DNA of 64,000 bases. Origin: Geosiphon pyriformis uo1. Lineage: Eukaryota > Fungi > Glomeromycota. The translations under genes were made by a program, and so were the position numbers. Each line of letters starts with the position of its first letter. Position 1 is the first letter of the stretch. Shown in pieces: positions 37,250 to 51,857 of the stretch. The stretch is from positions 220,203-284,202 of the forward strand of contig JAAOMT010000727.1 in the NCBI GenBank assembly GCA_016748015.1, written 5' to 3'. Below the pieces are notes generated by a model. That model saw only the letters and a program-made list of their open reading frames with translations, ran no database searches and was not told the DNA's origin.

Positions 37250-39562
37250 GGCCTCTATTTTTTGTTAGTGCAAGGTTTGATTGAATAGTGGTTTTGACTA
37301 TGAGGAGTTATTAAGGGTAAATTTAAAAGTGTAGAAGAAAAGTTAAAGAATGTCAGAAAATAGTTGGATCATACTGTTATTCGATTTTTTAACTTCATTA
37401 TATTCAACAAGGGCTCTTTTATTTAGAGTTTGAAAAATAGCACACCTCAATATTTTCTAATGTTTATTTTCCTTTTTTAGGCAAGCATCAAAAAACTATC
37501 AGTTAAGGCAAACCACTTATTTTTTCTTATGGACAGGAATATCAGATATGAAATGGTCCTAGTCGTTTAGCAGCTTCTAGTAAGATGTTTTGGTCAAACA
37601 ACACGTTGTAGGCTCAGATACAGGTTGAAAGGCCGTAATATCCAAACATAAAAGCCTATCCTGTGCGGCCAATGTTTGTACAAATGTTCCGATTTGGAGC
37701 ATGACATAAATATGATCTACCATTATGTGTGTATGAGATGCGAAAAAAGAACATACTAAAAGTTGCACATCTAATCACAGAGTTTCAGATTTTCCCTATG
37801 GCATTGTGCATGTATCCCAGTTAACAGGGAGGTTGTTTCATACAATTCATACCTGAATATTAGCAATTTTCTTTTGAATTAAGAAGACAAGAAAGAACAC
37901 ATTTTTGAAGCTAAACGGTTATCTATAAATAAAACTGGACTTATACTATTGGAGAGTTGTCATTAATTGAAAGCTTCAATCGGGTCAGAATGGTGTCAAT
38001 AGGAAAAACTTGGCACTATGAGGTTTAGCAAATTTTAATTGTACATGTAATTTTGGTTTTTAATTAATCAATTCTCCTAAGATACATTTCGAAACTTTTT
38101 TAAAAGGATATTTCGAATAAAAATGAATTCTTGGTAATTCTGAATATTGAATCCAAGTCTTTTGTTTATACATTTTAGCAATCATTGAATTGGGGTTTTT
38201 AACAGTTTTGGATTTATTTAGTAGTAAATCTTCGACAACTTTTGATAACTTATATAATGATAAAGCTTGGATTATGGAAGTCTTTGGAAATTTTCGGAAT
38301 AATACATTATTTTGAGCCTTGTGTACATAACAGAAATTGTAATTTAAACCAAAGGAGTCATTACTTGGATTCAAAAAGTAAATTGGGATTTTGAGGCACG
38401 AATATTCCATTTGCATTTACGAAATTGCCTTTAAAGACATAATCACACTGATAATAAAAATCTTGAGAATTTGATTTGCTCATCTTGACACCGCCGAGAT
38501 AAGTTTTGAATTAAAATCACAATTTCATATTTTTGTTAATAAACAATTTTTTTTTTGAATAGCTCTTTAAATCACTAAAAAGTTAATTTTTTTGGTGTTT
38601 AAAAATATTTTCAACAAGATTTTTGTGAAACTTACTTTTTTTGTGTGAGTTGGGGAATCCACTGCTCAATTTTCTACCTTGATATAACTGTAAGCATGAA
38701 ACGAACAAATTTTAACTCTTTCGATTCATTGAAAAAATTTCTCGAAATTTTTACTTCAATCCCAAATTCCTCCGAATATACACAATTTTTTAATAATGTA
38801 GACTAATTGAGAATAAATGAATAAAGTCAAGAAGTTTTGGGTCAAAATATTCTTTTTGCAATCAGATTTGGATTCATGAAATATTAAAACTGAAAATATT
38901 AATCTTTGTTCAAGTCTTTAGCTATTTCTTTGAACTAGGGTGAAGCTTTTTGAAATTCAATATATCCGGTAATGAGAATTTAGAAAAAATGGTTTTTTTT
39001 TTAAATCAGGCAATTAATATACAAGATTTCAATCTCTCTAATTGGTACATATTTATAATAATAGTTTCGATTGATATCTTGAAAAAGCAAAAAATTTTAT
39101 TAACTTATTTCCTAAAAATACAGCTAAAAACATATTTGTGATTTAAAAGCTTAGTTTTTTAATCGAATATTTTTTATTTTAATCGACAAAAGGTACACCA
39201 TATAAGCCCCGATACTGTACATTATGTGCAACATGTACCCAGTCCAATACAAAAAATCCTTCTCAAAATAAAGTGAGAGTAGTATACATATAGAGAGCGG
39301 GGTCTATTTTACGATATTTGTAAATTGCAAATATCATACTTGACCTACCGTGATTTGGTACAGAATGATTGATATCCGAGAATTATGAGACAAATGTCAA
39401 AGTTCTTGTAGTACTTGAATCTCAGGTTTTATCAAACTCTTATATTTTTCTCCAGTGAAATAGCTTAGCTTGGGAACGTTTGGATTCCTATTCATAAATT
39501 TAGAAAATTGTGAGAAAACTTAATGTCCAAAGAGGTTTGGACAAACATGTTGTCTTCTTAAA

Positions 39563-40923
39563 TCATTTTCCAGATATTTGAGCAATGTTCATGTGTAGCT
39601 TGGCTAAGGGTATAAAGAAAATTGAAAATTTATTCGTCACGAAAATTTCAACTAAAAAGTTGGGCATATATTCTCATTGATCACTATTAAACATGAAAAC
39701 AAAATCCCGAAAATTTGGGTTAAGAGGTGATGAGTTTCGATGGTAACTTGGCATATCAGAAAAGTGAAAGTACACTTACTCCATTCATCAAAATTCAAGT
39801 ACTCAAAAAATTCGGGAAAGAAATATTCATCAGCCGGCGTATAATTATTGAAGACATGCTCAGTTTCATCACCAAAACAATTCCCATCCATGACAACATC
39901 ATCAGGCTCAGGAGCAAAATTTTCCCCCATGTAATTGTATAAGTTGTGAACATGCTTTTCATATTCAGCTTCAAGTTTAGATCTTAAAATTTTCCAACAC
40001 CGTGGCGTAAATTCTTTAACTGACCTATTTCCCAGAGCCCTGGTGTAGGCCTGGGATTGGTTCAAAAAATTTCTATCCCACTTGGGGGAACCGTCTGAAT
40101 TCGTCTCTTCGAACATTGTATTAATAAATTCATTCAATTGGCCTTGGCGTTTATCTTGGTCCTTTCGAGCTTGATTGCGATCACCTCGAGTCTTCTCAAA
40201 ATAGCCACGTCTTCGATCTGCGGCATCATTGGCAATTTGTAAAGATTTACGACGAGTTTCTACCACCCATGCATCTCTTCTTTCCACATCCTTATCCCCA
40301 AACTTTGCGTATTCAGCTGCAAGTTTTTTAGCTTGTGGAATCCAATACTCATGACGATTAGCAGTACTCTTTGCTAGGCATTGGATTAGTTGAATGGGTA
40401 TATAAGTAGCTAACTGTATTGGGCTAAGAAATTAATCAAAAAGGAAAAATCCTGTTCCAATATCCGTTCCACTTGTATATTTCTGTAAACCTCAAGACAT
40501 TGCAATTAAGAATTTTTACCTGGTACTGTTTTCTTTGAAACAATTATCACAAACGCGCACCATAAAACAAAAATTGTGACGAGCTCCACCTCGAAGACGT
40601 TTTCCACATTTCTGGCATCCTTTTTCAATTAGAAATCTTGCGTAATTTCGTTCACTCATTCCTTCGGGTGGTCCAAGTTTGAGCATTGGCATGAATGTTT
40701 CACGTGATTGGCGCCATATGAGCTCAGTCGATGTAGATTCATCAGTTGACAAGTATTGATGAAAGAGTCGACAAACTCTGGCTAACGAGAGTAAGTCTTT
40801 AGCCTCCAGATATTTGCAGATTGCTATAAAAAGCTCAGGTGCGATATTATTTAGGGTTGGGGCAGGATGAGAAGAAATATCGTTGTTCTTTCCCTTTCTG
40901 CATCGCTTGTTAGTTGTCGCCAT
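39563..40923 (-). CDS. F-box domain protein (3' end uncertain)
   Basis: LNNIAPELFIAICKYLEAKDLLSLARVCR...IWR, followed by CQKC...RVCDNC and a charged helical region. Confidence 0.8.
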
Positions 40924-42235
40924 TTTTACAGGAGTAAAAATTATCCAAGACTGATGTTATATATTAATGATTATATTTTGGGTTGTATCTAAATACAATA
41001 TTTGTTCGATACCCGTTTCCATGAAATCACTTTTAATCAACAATCATAAAAGAAAGCGAGAGATTTTACCTAGTCAGTTTGAAAAGGCTCACACAAACAA
41101 AAGCGAGTTTTGGTTCCAAAAAAGTACTCGCAATCCTATGGATTCAAAAGGCTGCAAATTGAATATCAGCGCCATTCCTCATGTGTCACAATATTTGATC
41201 TTTTCTGAAATCAGTAGGTGAAATGTTTAACACGGTACTAAACCTCTCTCGACCGATTCAATATTAAAATGTGGCATGGCAACTTACTATATGCCTCTCT
41301 CTCGCGGGAAATCATTGACCTTTTTGGATTTTAAGCATCATTTGATAGGTCATATGTTATAAAGCTAAAAGTTGTGGTCATAATTATATTACTTTTTACA
41401 GATTGAAGAAATTCAAAAATATAATTAGGTCAATTTCTGAAAAGAATGTGGTTAAAATAATATGAAATGAAATTTTGAAATGAGATTTAATTAATTTATG
41501 ATTCTTGGATTTATCAAATTCTCATTTCTAATTAAAAAAAATGGCAAGAATTTTGATGTAATATTTCTATTTTTAAAGTAAAAATAATAAAATTGTAATG
41601 ATTAAAAAAATAATTTTTTTAACTAATTTGTAACTAAATTCTGCTTAATTTTTTGAAATTTAATGAATTGAAATTTTTTATTATAATAGATTTGACTTAT
41701 TTATGGCAAATTTTTGTTTTTTGCATAATAAATATAAGAAAACTTTGAATGAGACTAAAACATTCAGTCAATATTTGAAACCATTTTCAATCTTTGATTC
41801 TTTGAATTTCTTTTAAAATCTTAAATAAATCTTAACTAAAATACAAATAATAATTTTCTTGACATCTTGAAATCAAAATTGCAAAATTGCTTGAACCATC
41901 AAGTTTGGGAAAAAGATTTTATATATAGGGATAAACTTGCTAAATTTAGAGACCTAAAGGTTTTAACATCAGAACGAAAAACAAAAAGTAGTCACTCGAA
42001 ATTAATGGTTTTCTCTTTATCGTTGTATAAGTTCTTATATTTTATTTGGCAAAAAAATCTCATCAAATTTTATTTACATTGAATGGCAAAATTTATAACC
42101 TTTATAAAAGTTGAAATAATTTTATTCGATTAAGAAAATACAAAATTAAGAGAGAAGATGTCAATATTCCCATTTGAATTAGTTTACTTTTACAAAGGTT
42201 TTAACTTAATTACTTTCTCAAAAATTGAGAGTTTT

Positions 42236-42378
42236 GTAAATAAATTTTTTCATAGCTTGAGCGATATTTACCTTAAGCATTGTGTGATTCAATGTCAAGT
42301 AAATAAATTTTTTCATAGCTTGAGCGACATTCACCTTAAGCATTGTGTAATTCAATGTTAAGAAAATAAATTTTTTCA
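42236..42378. repeat. 63-bp tandem duplication (2 copies plus partial)
   Basis: GTAAATAAATTTTTTCATAGCTTGAGCGAYATTYACCTTAAGCATTGTGTRATTCAATGT at 42236 and 42299. Confidence 0.9.
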
Positions 42379-42876
42379 AAATAAAATTAGTAGGTCCCCT
42401 GATTCCTGGATTCAGGGATTGTTTAGCTCCATTCAAATATGAATTTAAAATTCCCAATTTTCAAAATGGGCATCTCCCGCATGATTTAAATACCCTTTTC
42501 CGTGCTACCAAACTTTAACCTCATGAATTTTCAAATTTTAAACCAATATTATTGAACTATATCTTTTATTATTTAATTGCTAATTTTTGACATATATAAT
42601 TGAATAGAACCATTAATAATACATTTATATAATCATATAATACCAAATCAAACTTCTTTTTACACAGAGTCTCACCTTAAATGTTTCAGAAATAGTAAGA
42701 AAATTAAATGCAAATTAAATGTACAAAATTTTATCGTGATATAACATTCATGCAGTGCAACCAATGATTCGCTTAATGCTAAAGCGTATTACTAAGAAGA
42801 GAGTATTCTCAATATAAAAGATACTCAGCTCATTTTTTATAAAAACTGAAATTGTTAATTTCTTCAATTTCTAACA

Positions 42877-43256
42877 ATGAATCAATATCCAAATACACAT
42901 GGAGTACCATCAACAGGATACCCACAAATCTACCCAAGTCAAAATTATGAAATGGGACCAGGATTATCGTATAATTCCAGTATTAATACCCAACCTAAAC
43001 CTCATGAAATGGGAAAAGGTTTACCGGATTCAAGTCATAATACTCAACCAAAGAAATCTAGTGATGGTAACTCCAAATCAAATAAACAAAGTAAGTTTTA
43101 GATGCTTTAAATTTTTTAAATTCTATTTAAACTTATTTCCCTCTTCTTTATTTTAAAGCTAACGCAAAAAATGAAAGAGAATCACATAAATATAGAAGGT
43201 TTTGTTTCGAAATGTGTACCCCTTGTTGTGCTCTATGCTGTCTTGCTGCGATATGA
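42877..43256 (+). CDS. Small CYSTM-like protein (Pro/Gln/Tyr-rich N-terminus, Cys-rich hydrophobic C-terminus), 2 exons
   Basis: Exons 42877-43090 and 43159-43256; ends FCFEMCTPCCALCCLAAI*. Confidence 0.75.
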
Positions 43257-44586
43257 AGTATTATAAAAAAGGGCATTGCGCTACAGGTAATTTGATCTGT
43301 AATTTTTGATTAGCTATATATTTATAAATATATTCATCGCAGGTTGCATTAATCCATGCTTTTTTAATTTTAGATTAATTAAATTTTCTGTTGTGATAAT
43401 TAATAAAAATTATAGATTTTTATCCAAATCGCATGGTTTGAAGAAATAATAATATGAGTCGAGGGGTAAAAGAAAACTCTGATATAATCTTGTCAATAAA
43501 TAAACCCTGGAATTAATTTCAGTTCTGATTAAAAAAAAAACATTAATTAAATAAATTTCTTCTTTCCTTCACAGTTAGACACACATTTTATTGAATTAAA
43601 AGATTAGAGACTGGATTAAAATAGTTGATATAATTCCAATCAGTTTAAAATTGGATAAAGAGATATAAAGTATTTTTGAGAATTATTAATTCGAATTTTT
43701 TTGATTTTTAAATCACAAAGAAAATCAGTTTCTACTAGATTTTTCATTTGAATCAATATTTTGTCTATATTGTGAATTTTACCTTTGAAATATACTGAAT
43801 AATCTTCTGACAAGACAGCAATTATCTTTTCTATTTTAGAGTTTCAGAATTGTTCTACCTTTTTGTTTTCCAAAGATATTTAAGGCTTCCTTCAGAACTT
43901 TCAAGTTATCACTCGTATCTGAGATACGAATACAGTAATTTCAAGGGAAGAAGTTTTAATAAAACCATTTTGAACTATTTAATAAACTTATTATAAAATG
44001 TTCCCAGGTGTTGTGGGAGGATCAAGTAACTAGAGGATAAAAAACGCAAAAATGGATATCCATTCAGAAAAAATTTTCATTTGTCAAAATGAGGAGCTTG
44101 TTTTTAGACCAAAAATTTCGTTACTTATTCTTAGCTCACCCTCATTTAACTTTTGTCTCCGAAAAATCAATATGGTTATACTCTAAAGAGCAATATCGTA
44201 TGGACTTCCAATTAGTAACAAAGTTCATTGCCTAATTTCTTTTCGGAATGCGTATCATTTACAGATTAAATTTCCCGGATTTCATCGAAATTTAAACAAC
44301 TTCTTTTTGATCTGGCTCAAAATGGTACCTCTAAAATTGATCAGCATGATATCACTTCGTCATGCTCATCGACAATTTTGAATTTGTCATTTATTTTGGA
44401 ATCGATGAGCTTTTGCTTGATTGCTTTTTGACGAAAATATATAAAATGGTCGCTTTCATTTCCTCCATGTTTTCAATCTACTATTTAACTCTCAAAGGCT
44501 TAATCTACCCATCAAAAATAATATTTTGAACAAGTTAAACTTGAAATTAATACTTTTTCTTCAACACCAATTTAACAACTTTCAAA

Positions 44587-45943
44587 ATGGCTGGAGGTAC
44601 TTTATGGCGAAACACAATATGGACAATTATCGGTCTTCGGGAATACACGAAACATGGCTATGAAAGAAACTCGAAAAAATTTAACATGAACGCATGTAAT
44701 GTTGATCTAACAGGAAAGATTACCGTTGTCACTGGTGCTAATGCTGGATTAGGCAAATATGTGGCTGCAGAATTGTATAAACGCGGGGCTATTGTTCATA
44801 TGCTTTGTCGTGATCAGGCGAGAGGTGAAAAGGCACGACAGGATATTATCAATGCAGTTACAACTGATGAATCCAATACGGCTACAACTGATGGATCCAA
44901 AGAAGCTGAGTCAGCTAAGAATACTCCCATAATGCTAAAAGAAGATTCATTGAAGTTACATCAAGTTGATATTTCCAATTTAAAAAATGTTCAAAAATTT
45001 GTCGAGGAATTATCCAAAGGGGAGAATTCGGAAGAAAATAGTGGAAAATGTCATATTTTGGTACTGTATTGGTATTCTTTCTTTACTAAGCATTTTTTTG
45101 ATATTGACGATTGATTTGATTTTTACCAAAGATTAATAATGCTGGTGTAATGAATAATGAGCGGAGGCTCACGCCATACGGAGTCGAAACTAATTTCGCG
45201 ATTAATACAATTGGAACATATTACCTGACAAAATGCATGATTCCACTATTGGAAAAGGCTGGTCCAGGAAGTCGCGTGGTAATTTATCAAAAATTTTAAA
45301 TTAATTCGGATTTTTGCCTAGTATCTGTATTTATTTCATTTAATCAATTTCTCGGCTATCATCCTCAAATAAAGGTAACAGTTTCTTCTGGAGGAATGTA
45401 CACTAATAAACTTGACCTAACGGATTTACAATTTGAAAAACTGAAGCCCTTTGATGGCACGATGGCTTATGCACAAAATAAAGTTTGTTTTCCTTCATTT
45501 TTTTTGATTTCCTGTTTTTTGCCAAATTTAACTCCTTTGCTAAATTTAAATCCTTTTGCTAAAATCTGGTTCATTTCCCCCAGCGGCAACAAGTTGAATT
45601 AACAGAATACTGGTCCAAAAAATATCCCGAACAGAAAATTGGAATCAAATTTTTAGCAACGCACCCAGGATGGAGTGACACGCCAGGGCTTAGCGTGGCC
45701 ATGGAAGGTTTTTATAAACGCGTAAAAACATTACTTCGTTCCATCCCACAAGGTTGTGACACAATCCTATGGGCTGCGTTTTCAAACGAGGCTGACAAAG
45801 TTCCGAGTGGTTCCTTCTTATTTGATCGTCAGATCGCTTCAAAACATTTGCCACTTGCGAAAACTCGGTCAAAACCACAAGATGTTGAAGAATTAGTCGA
45901 TAAACTGGATCATTTTAGTGAGATTGGATTGCAAACGCAATAA
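44587..45943 (+). CDS. DHRS12: Short-chain dehydrogenase/reductase, DHRS12-like, 4 exons
   Basis: GLREYTKHGY N-terminus, TGANAGLG, INNAG, VSSGGMY, YAQNK, HPGWSDTPG, FLFDR. Confidence 0.88.
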
Positions 45944-46405
45944 GCAATGTTTGACACTTAAACCTAAAACATTATCTTAATAGTAGCAAAATAATAATAA
46001 AAAATATTTCCCCCAAACTACAAATCGGTCAGTTTTAATCGGCAGCAAGTCTTTTCAAATTTAATGGCTAACCTTTAAACTCTTATGAGGTAATTGTGTC
46101 AGGTGCTGTACTATGGGGCAAATTAATTAATTAAATAAATTATTAAAAAATGAAAACATTGAATTTTTTGCCAAGCGAAATGAATACATGTAAAAATGAT
46201 TAATTCACAAAATTAAACTTTGGTAATTTAACTCAGGCTTAGGTTACATTTTCATTCTCGTAAATTAATTGAAAAACTCAGAATGTATTAGAATGTTGAT
46301 TTTCGACCAATGTGATCAAGTTGCTTTCTACAAGATATAAATTATTTTGTAAAAACCTTTGATGATTGTAGACATTGGGGATTCTTAAAGGTGAATATCA
46401 CAAAC

Positions 46406-49151
46406 CTAAGATGACTTTTGACGTTGGGAAGCCTATATTAATAGAACTTTGTGTAAATTACACGCATAGCTATTTTCATTGCTGAATAACATAAAAAATA
46501 TAAAAAAACCCACGAGTTTACGAGCGTGAATTTTTAAGGTCCCATTTGGAAAAATTATTCCGATATCCCCGGTATGAAACCATCCATCAGAATCAATCTT
46601 CTTGGCAGTTTCTTCGGGGCGTCTGTGATATCCTTGCATTACGTTAGGTCCACGAACATAAATCTGTGGAAAGAATTGAAAAGTTTACTATTAGCAATCA
46701 AGTGTTCGATACGAGTAATCGAAAAATATTGAGCAAGCTCACCTCTCCTCTTGGGTTTGGCTGGTCTTCAACTGTGCATGCTTGTTCATCACAATTCACC
46801 AACTTGATTTCATTGCAGGGAAGCGGAGGGCCGACATTAGTTTCGTTAGGAGATTTTTGATCAATGGGTTGATAGTCGTAGAAACTATTTGCGGCGATTG
46901 TACCACTGCATTCAGTCAATCCATAAACTTGAACCACCTGACAACTAAATACAATTCGAAGAAAATCCAGTGTGGTTTGTGATAGAGGACCTTGAATCAA
47001 CAGATGAAGTTTAACTCTCATTATAGAAAAAAGGCGAACGGTGAAAATTCGATAAGTCAAATCAAATCAAATCAAATAAATACTCCATGAGGTGATAATC
47101 ACTCGAACTTGTCCTCCAAGCTTAGCTTTGATATTGTTGAAGATTAACACATCCCAGAGTGAATTCAGCATTAGTCTCCCCTTTCTCAAAGATCTCAATT
47201 TAGAGTTGTATGCCCTTTTGAAAAGTAAACGATTACTGTTATCACTCGTAATGCTTTCTTGCAATTCATTCAAAAATTGAGGAGTACTAGCAACATGATC
47301 GATATAGAAAAAATATTAGAAAAACGGGGACATTTTTAGCCCAACAAAAGTAACTTTTAATACCTGGTGAAAATTGTGGGCTTTACTTCCTGCGCATCTT
47401 CAAGTACTTTAGAAGTCTCCCCACGACCGAAAGCAATTGCTCCTCCAGTAAATAAAAGGGCACCAAATACTGTCCTTTCAAATATTTGGGCTGAAATTAA
47501 AGTGTAGTTATAAGAAAAGGATCATGATTTCAGCTGCATGAGACAAATCGAATTACCCAAAGGCAAGTAAGACAAATAAATATCGGTTGGAGTCAATTTT
47601 TGAGAAGTTGGAGTGATGGCCAAAATACCAGCTGGAGAAGAAAGGGAGGTCATTTGGGATAAATAAAAAGCGTGCTATATATTTTGGTATCATCAAAATT
47701 CAACTTACCAACACCTGAGACAATGTTCTGTTTGGTATGAAACATTCAATAAACCATAGTAATAAGAAAACGTAACATTTGAATAGCTGTGAAATTGTCA
47801 AATTTTGAACTTGCCATATGAGTTAATTCAATACCCTTAGGCTCCTGAAAATGAATTTTAATAGGGATCCAGAAGATCAAAAATCAAGTCAAGCATTCAC
47901 AAATAAATTCAGGTTTTTAAACTAACTCCCGTGGTTCCATTAGTAAAGAAAATGGAGGCAATATCATCAGGTCCTACAATATTGAAATAAGGGTAATGAA
48001 CGATAAATAAAGATCTAAAAAAAATGATGGATAAATTTATAATTGAAAGAAAAATACCAGGAGGAACAAAATTAATGATATTTTGTTGCCCCAATTTTTC
48101 TATATCATCAAAGGTTTTCAGCTGAAGACCTAAGGCTTCAACCTTTTGAAATGTATCCGAGTTCACAGTTTTTTCCGTCAAGATGAGGTATTTCAAACTT
48201 AGTGATGAAGGTGCAGCAGACAGAATAATCTGCAGTGTATCGGATGATACTACCACCGTAGTAACCTGAGTAAGATTAATGCTACTAATCAGATCCTGAA
48301 GCAAAATTCGATGAGATGGAAAAGCCACTGAAACCAAGTTATAATGATGTGCGGCTAAAAGTTTCGAGAAAAAAATATATTAAAATTTGGCATAATGAAA
48401 ACTCGCTTTCTATCAAGAAAATACTTTCCAAGATCCGTGATGATCCATTCTGTCGTATGTACGTATTTCGCAAAACATATGAGTAAATGTAAAAATTTAA
48501 AGGAAATCTCCCAATTAAAAGGAAAGTAAAATCTACCTGGACGATTTTTTAAAAAAATTCCAACTAGATCACGCTTCTCTGTTGATAATCCAGCGAAATT
48601 TAACAACCCTGAGCCAAAAAATTTTATTCTTTCAGCGACCTCATCTATCAAAATTTTGAAGGTGAAGTAAGAAGGGAAAATATCTTTTTGTTATTTGACC
48701 TAAGGATATATTCAAAAGTGAATTTGAAAAAGCACATACTATAGCTTTGCTAAAACATATCACAATTAGGATGAAAAAGAGGATTTAAATATATGTCAGT
48801 ACTCAATTTATTTTTTGCAATCTCACTACAGGGATAAACATGCTTTACCCAAGAATAAGAGCCGGTTGCAAGTCTATGACCCAAAAATCTATTGCCTTGG
48901 GCAACACCATTTTGAAACAAGTCTACAGTTGTCTTAACATTCTTATTTGGCGCCAATAAAAAGGATAAATTCTGATGGGATTTACTGGATGCGTGTATCG
49001 CAGTCTCCCCTGGGTAACGAACACGAGCAACGTCTGATTGAGAGGCGAGCAATAGGGGATGAACATCAGGACTTGGTGCGTCACGTATCGAGAGAAAAGT
49101 GAATAAGACGATCAAAAATAGTAAGATCAGAGATAATGAATCAATTTCCAT
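46406..49151 (-). CDS. Long-chain acyl-CoA synthetase-like (AMP-binding) protein with N-terminal membrane anchor, lacking the C-terminal subdomain
   Basis: PDVHPLLLASQS, FFTNGTTG|EPKG, YLSYLPL, YGLTE, VGPPLPC, RGE|IYVRGPNV, WFHTGDIG...KIHARK, then a short terminal exon. Confidence 0.85.
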
Positions 49152-50490
49152 ATTTTGAGAGTTAAAAAGAAAAGAAATTGAAAAGAACTGTATACACACA
49201 AATTCCGGATTTTATCCGTCAATGTGTTATATAGTAATAATTAGATTGATCAGATCACCAAGAATGGCAAGGTTGGTGTCGATGACAAACATTAAAGTTC
49301 TGGCTAGTTTTTTCAAGCTTCCACCACCAAACTGAGTTATTATTTCTCTTTGTAAATTAATATTTGATTTTAAAAAATCCTTTAGATTGCTTAAATAATA
49401 AATTTTTTTGATGCAATACTTAAACGGTGTTTCACTTTAAGTACCCAAGAGTTTGTCTTTTGCACGATTAGGGTATTTGGGGAAATACCCTTGGGAAATT
49501 AAGAGAAACTAATTTGCGCGACAACGATTCTGCAGCACCATTAAATTCGTTCTACACGAAATTACTTGGCTTACTGATTGAGGTTTTTTGCTACCTTTTA
49601 ATCCTTTTATTATGTTAGATAGACACTTTTTACAGGACGTAATGACTGGAACTTGACAAATAATGAGTTTTTGAATCAAAATAGGCCCATAAAACGATGT
49701 CTCAGAATGCATTATAGAAATCTCATTTTGGGTGATTTATCTTTAAACAAAATCGAGTAAACAAACAGAATTTCTTTTTTGGTTATCTTATTTGAAAAAG
49801 TAAATTCTTATTTAATTTTGAAAATTCAAAATTTTTTGTTAAAATGTTTATAACAAATAATCTTTAATAAAGTTTCATTCCTTTTGAATAAATTAATTTC
49901 AATTTTAACAGTGAAATCGAATTTAATCGATATTGGGAATTTCAATTTACCAAAGATATTTTATTTATCCTTTCATTAAATCTTTATAAATAAAATTTTT
50001 AATATGGCTGTTATGACTTTTTGAATAGGTTTTTAATTTGGAAAATTGTTGCTTAATAAAGCTTTTGTACAAAAATATTTGTTATTTGAAATATTTACCC
50101 AAACTTTTTTGATTAAAATGCAATTTGTTATTCGACAATTCGATAAAGTTTTTTCCCTTTAAAAATTACAAATATCTTTTTTCGCCAAAAAAATATATAT
50201 ATATACTTTGATTGGATCATAATTCATTTTAAAGAAAAGTCTCTTATTCATCGTCATAAAGTATTTTTCGAGTCTTCTGCAACCAATTATCAAAGCGATA
50301 ATCAATTGAAAACAAAAGATTCCTTGTTTTTAATCTTTTAAAGTTGAATGGGAAATAGACTACTTTCAAATTGTGACGGGAGCATTAGCATATCTGATGA
50401 TTGAGCCCCGATTGATCAATTGATTTCACCCATTAAATATCCAACAAATCAGATGGAGGGACTCAAGCCGATTCCCATCATCAACTCCAA

Positions 50491-50952
50491 CTATCTTGAT
50501 CCAGCACAGGTAATGAAGAATTGCCACCATCTTCGCTTCGGATCTTTTTCTTCTAGATCGTTTAACTCGTCGTTATCATTACCAATAACATATAGTCGAC
50601 TTTTATTATCGATCACACTTTTTCTTGATATTTCATTAGAAGTTTCATTCTTTTGTGAACTATTTTGAGATGCTATTGAAGCAGGGTAAACATTATTTAT
50701 ATTTCGATATGATCCGATTCTAGTTGTCTTTGGAGGTATTTTGGTGATTACAGGATTAAGAGAGGGTATAGAAATTTTATTAAATTTAACATTTCGAAGT
50801 TGTTTCTGTGTATGAGCGTAAACACGTAAAGCGTAATCGTGTTTTGCGGCTTCTATCGTATCAGTGGTTGAAAGGGGGGATTTATAGTTGGTGTGATGAT
50901 ATTTTGATAATGAATTTTTACTAGATGTTCTTGGTTGACTTTGAGCTTCCAT
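50491..50952 (-). CDS. Hypothetical 153-aa protein
   Basis: Single ATG-initiated ORF with a plausible helical motif HDYALRVYAHTQKQL and C-terminal RRWWQFFITC. Confidence 0.55.
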   Translation of the reverse strand: MEAQSQPRTSSKNSLSKYHHTNYKSPLSTTDTIEAAKHDYALRVYAHTQKQLRNVKFNKISIPSLNPVITKIPPKTTRIGSYRNINNVYPASIASQNSSQKNETSNEISRKSVIDNKSRLYVIGNDNDELNDLEEKDPKRRWWQFFITCAGSR

Positions 50953-51374
50953 TTTTTTTTTTTTTTTTTTTTAAAAAAGTGAATAGGTTGAATTTTTTGG
51001 AATGAAATGCGAATGAACGGTGGTCTTTAAAATTAAAATTTTAAAATTAAGAGTTAACTAAAATTTTGAATCGATTTATCCTGACTGGTAAATGAACAAA
51101 TTTTTTCATCAATTATTTATATCCTACTCCTCTTAATTAAAATCATTTAAATTTTTTTTTTCCCCACACAATTTTTGTTTTATATCATTAACTCCCACAC
51201 GGGCTGATCAACAATATCGTAATGTCGTACTTAACACAAAGACTTCGGTTATTGTAATGCTTTTAAAACGCCACTACAATAACTGATCATTTCACCCTGA
51301 AAGGAAATAAATTGGGAACCACAGAAAAAATGTTAATCTGTGGCGAATTCCGAAAATGCATAAAATTTTTTTTA

Positions 51375-51413
<39 letters not shown>

Positions 51414-51445
51414 NNNNNNNNNNNNNNNNNNNNNNNNNNNNNNNN

Positions 51446-51857
51446 CACCAACTGGCCAGCATGAGTTGGCAGAGTATCAAATGGCTGAATGAGGTTTTCA
51501 CATAGAAACTCAGTCTTGTCGGTCTCTATAGTTGAAATTGTTTAAAAACTGGGAGGCTATCAACATTAACGTTTAAATCTGTGTTAAAATGTACAATACC
51601 GTTGCGTGGTCTTTTTGGAGGACGCTCGAGTTCTGCAAGTGAAACAACATTCAAGAACGTTGAAGTTGCGAGTGCAACACTCATGAGTCAGTCATTACCC
51701 AAAGTCATAAACTCTTTCCCAACGTTCAAGTCACAAGTCACGAAGTCGTTACCTATCAACGTATCTTGTAATTTTTCCATCTGCAACTCCCATCTATCTT
51801 TGCTCGCCTCCAGCTTTTTTTCTTGCTTTTCCAGATCTTCCTTTTCTTCTATCCATG
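51446..51857 (-). pseudogene. Coiled-coil gene fragment on a short contig between N gaps
   Basis: WIEEKEDLEKQEKKLEASKDRWELQMEKLQ continues through in-frame stops. Confidence 0.35.

Noticed and set aside
43914-43930. Palindrome TCGTATCT-G-AGATACGA
   Set aside because: A single short palindrome is expected by chance in 64 kb and has no supporting context.
44587-49151. Possible lipid-metabolism gene cluster (SDR, acyl-CoA synthetase-like, lipases)
   Set aside because: Unrelated genes (Boi, F-box, CYSTM) lie between them and nothing in the sequence shows co-regulation; adjacency alone is insufficient.
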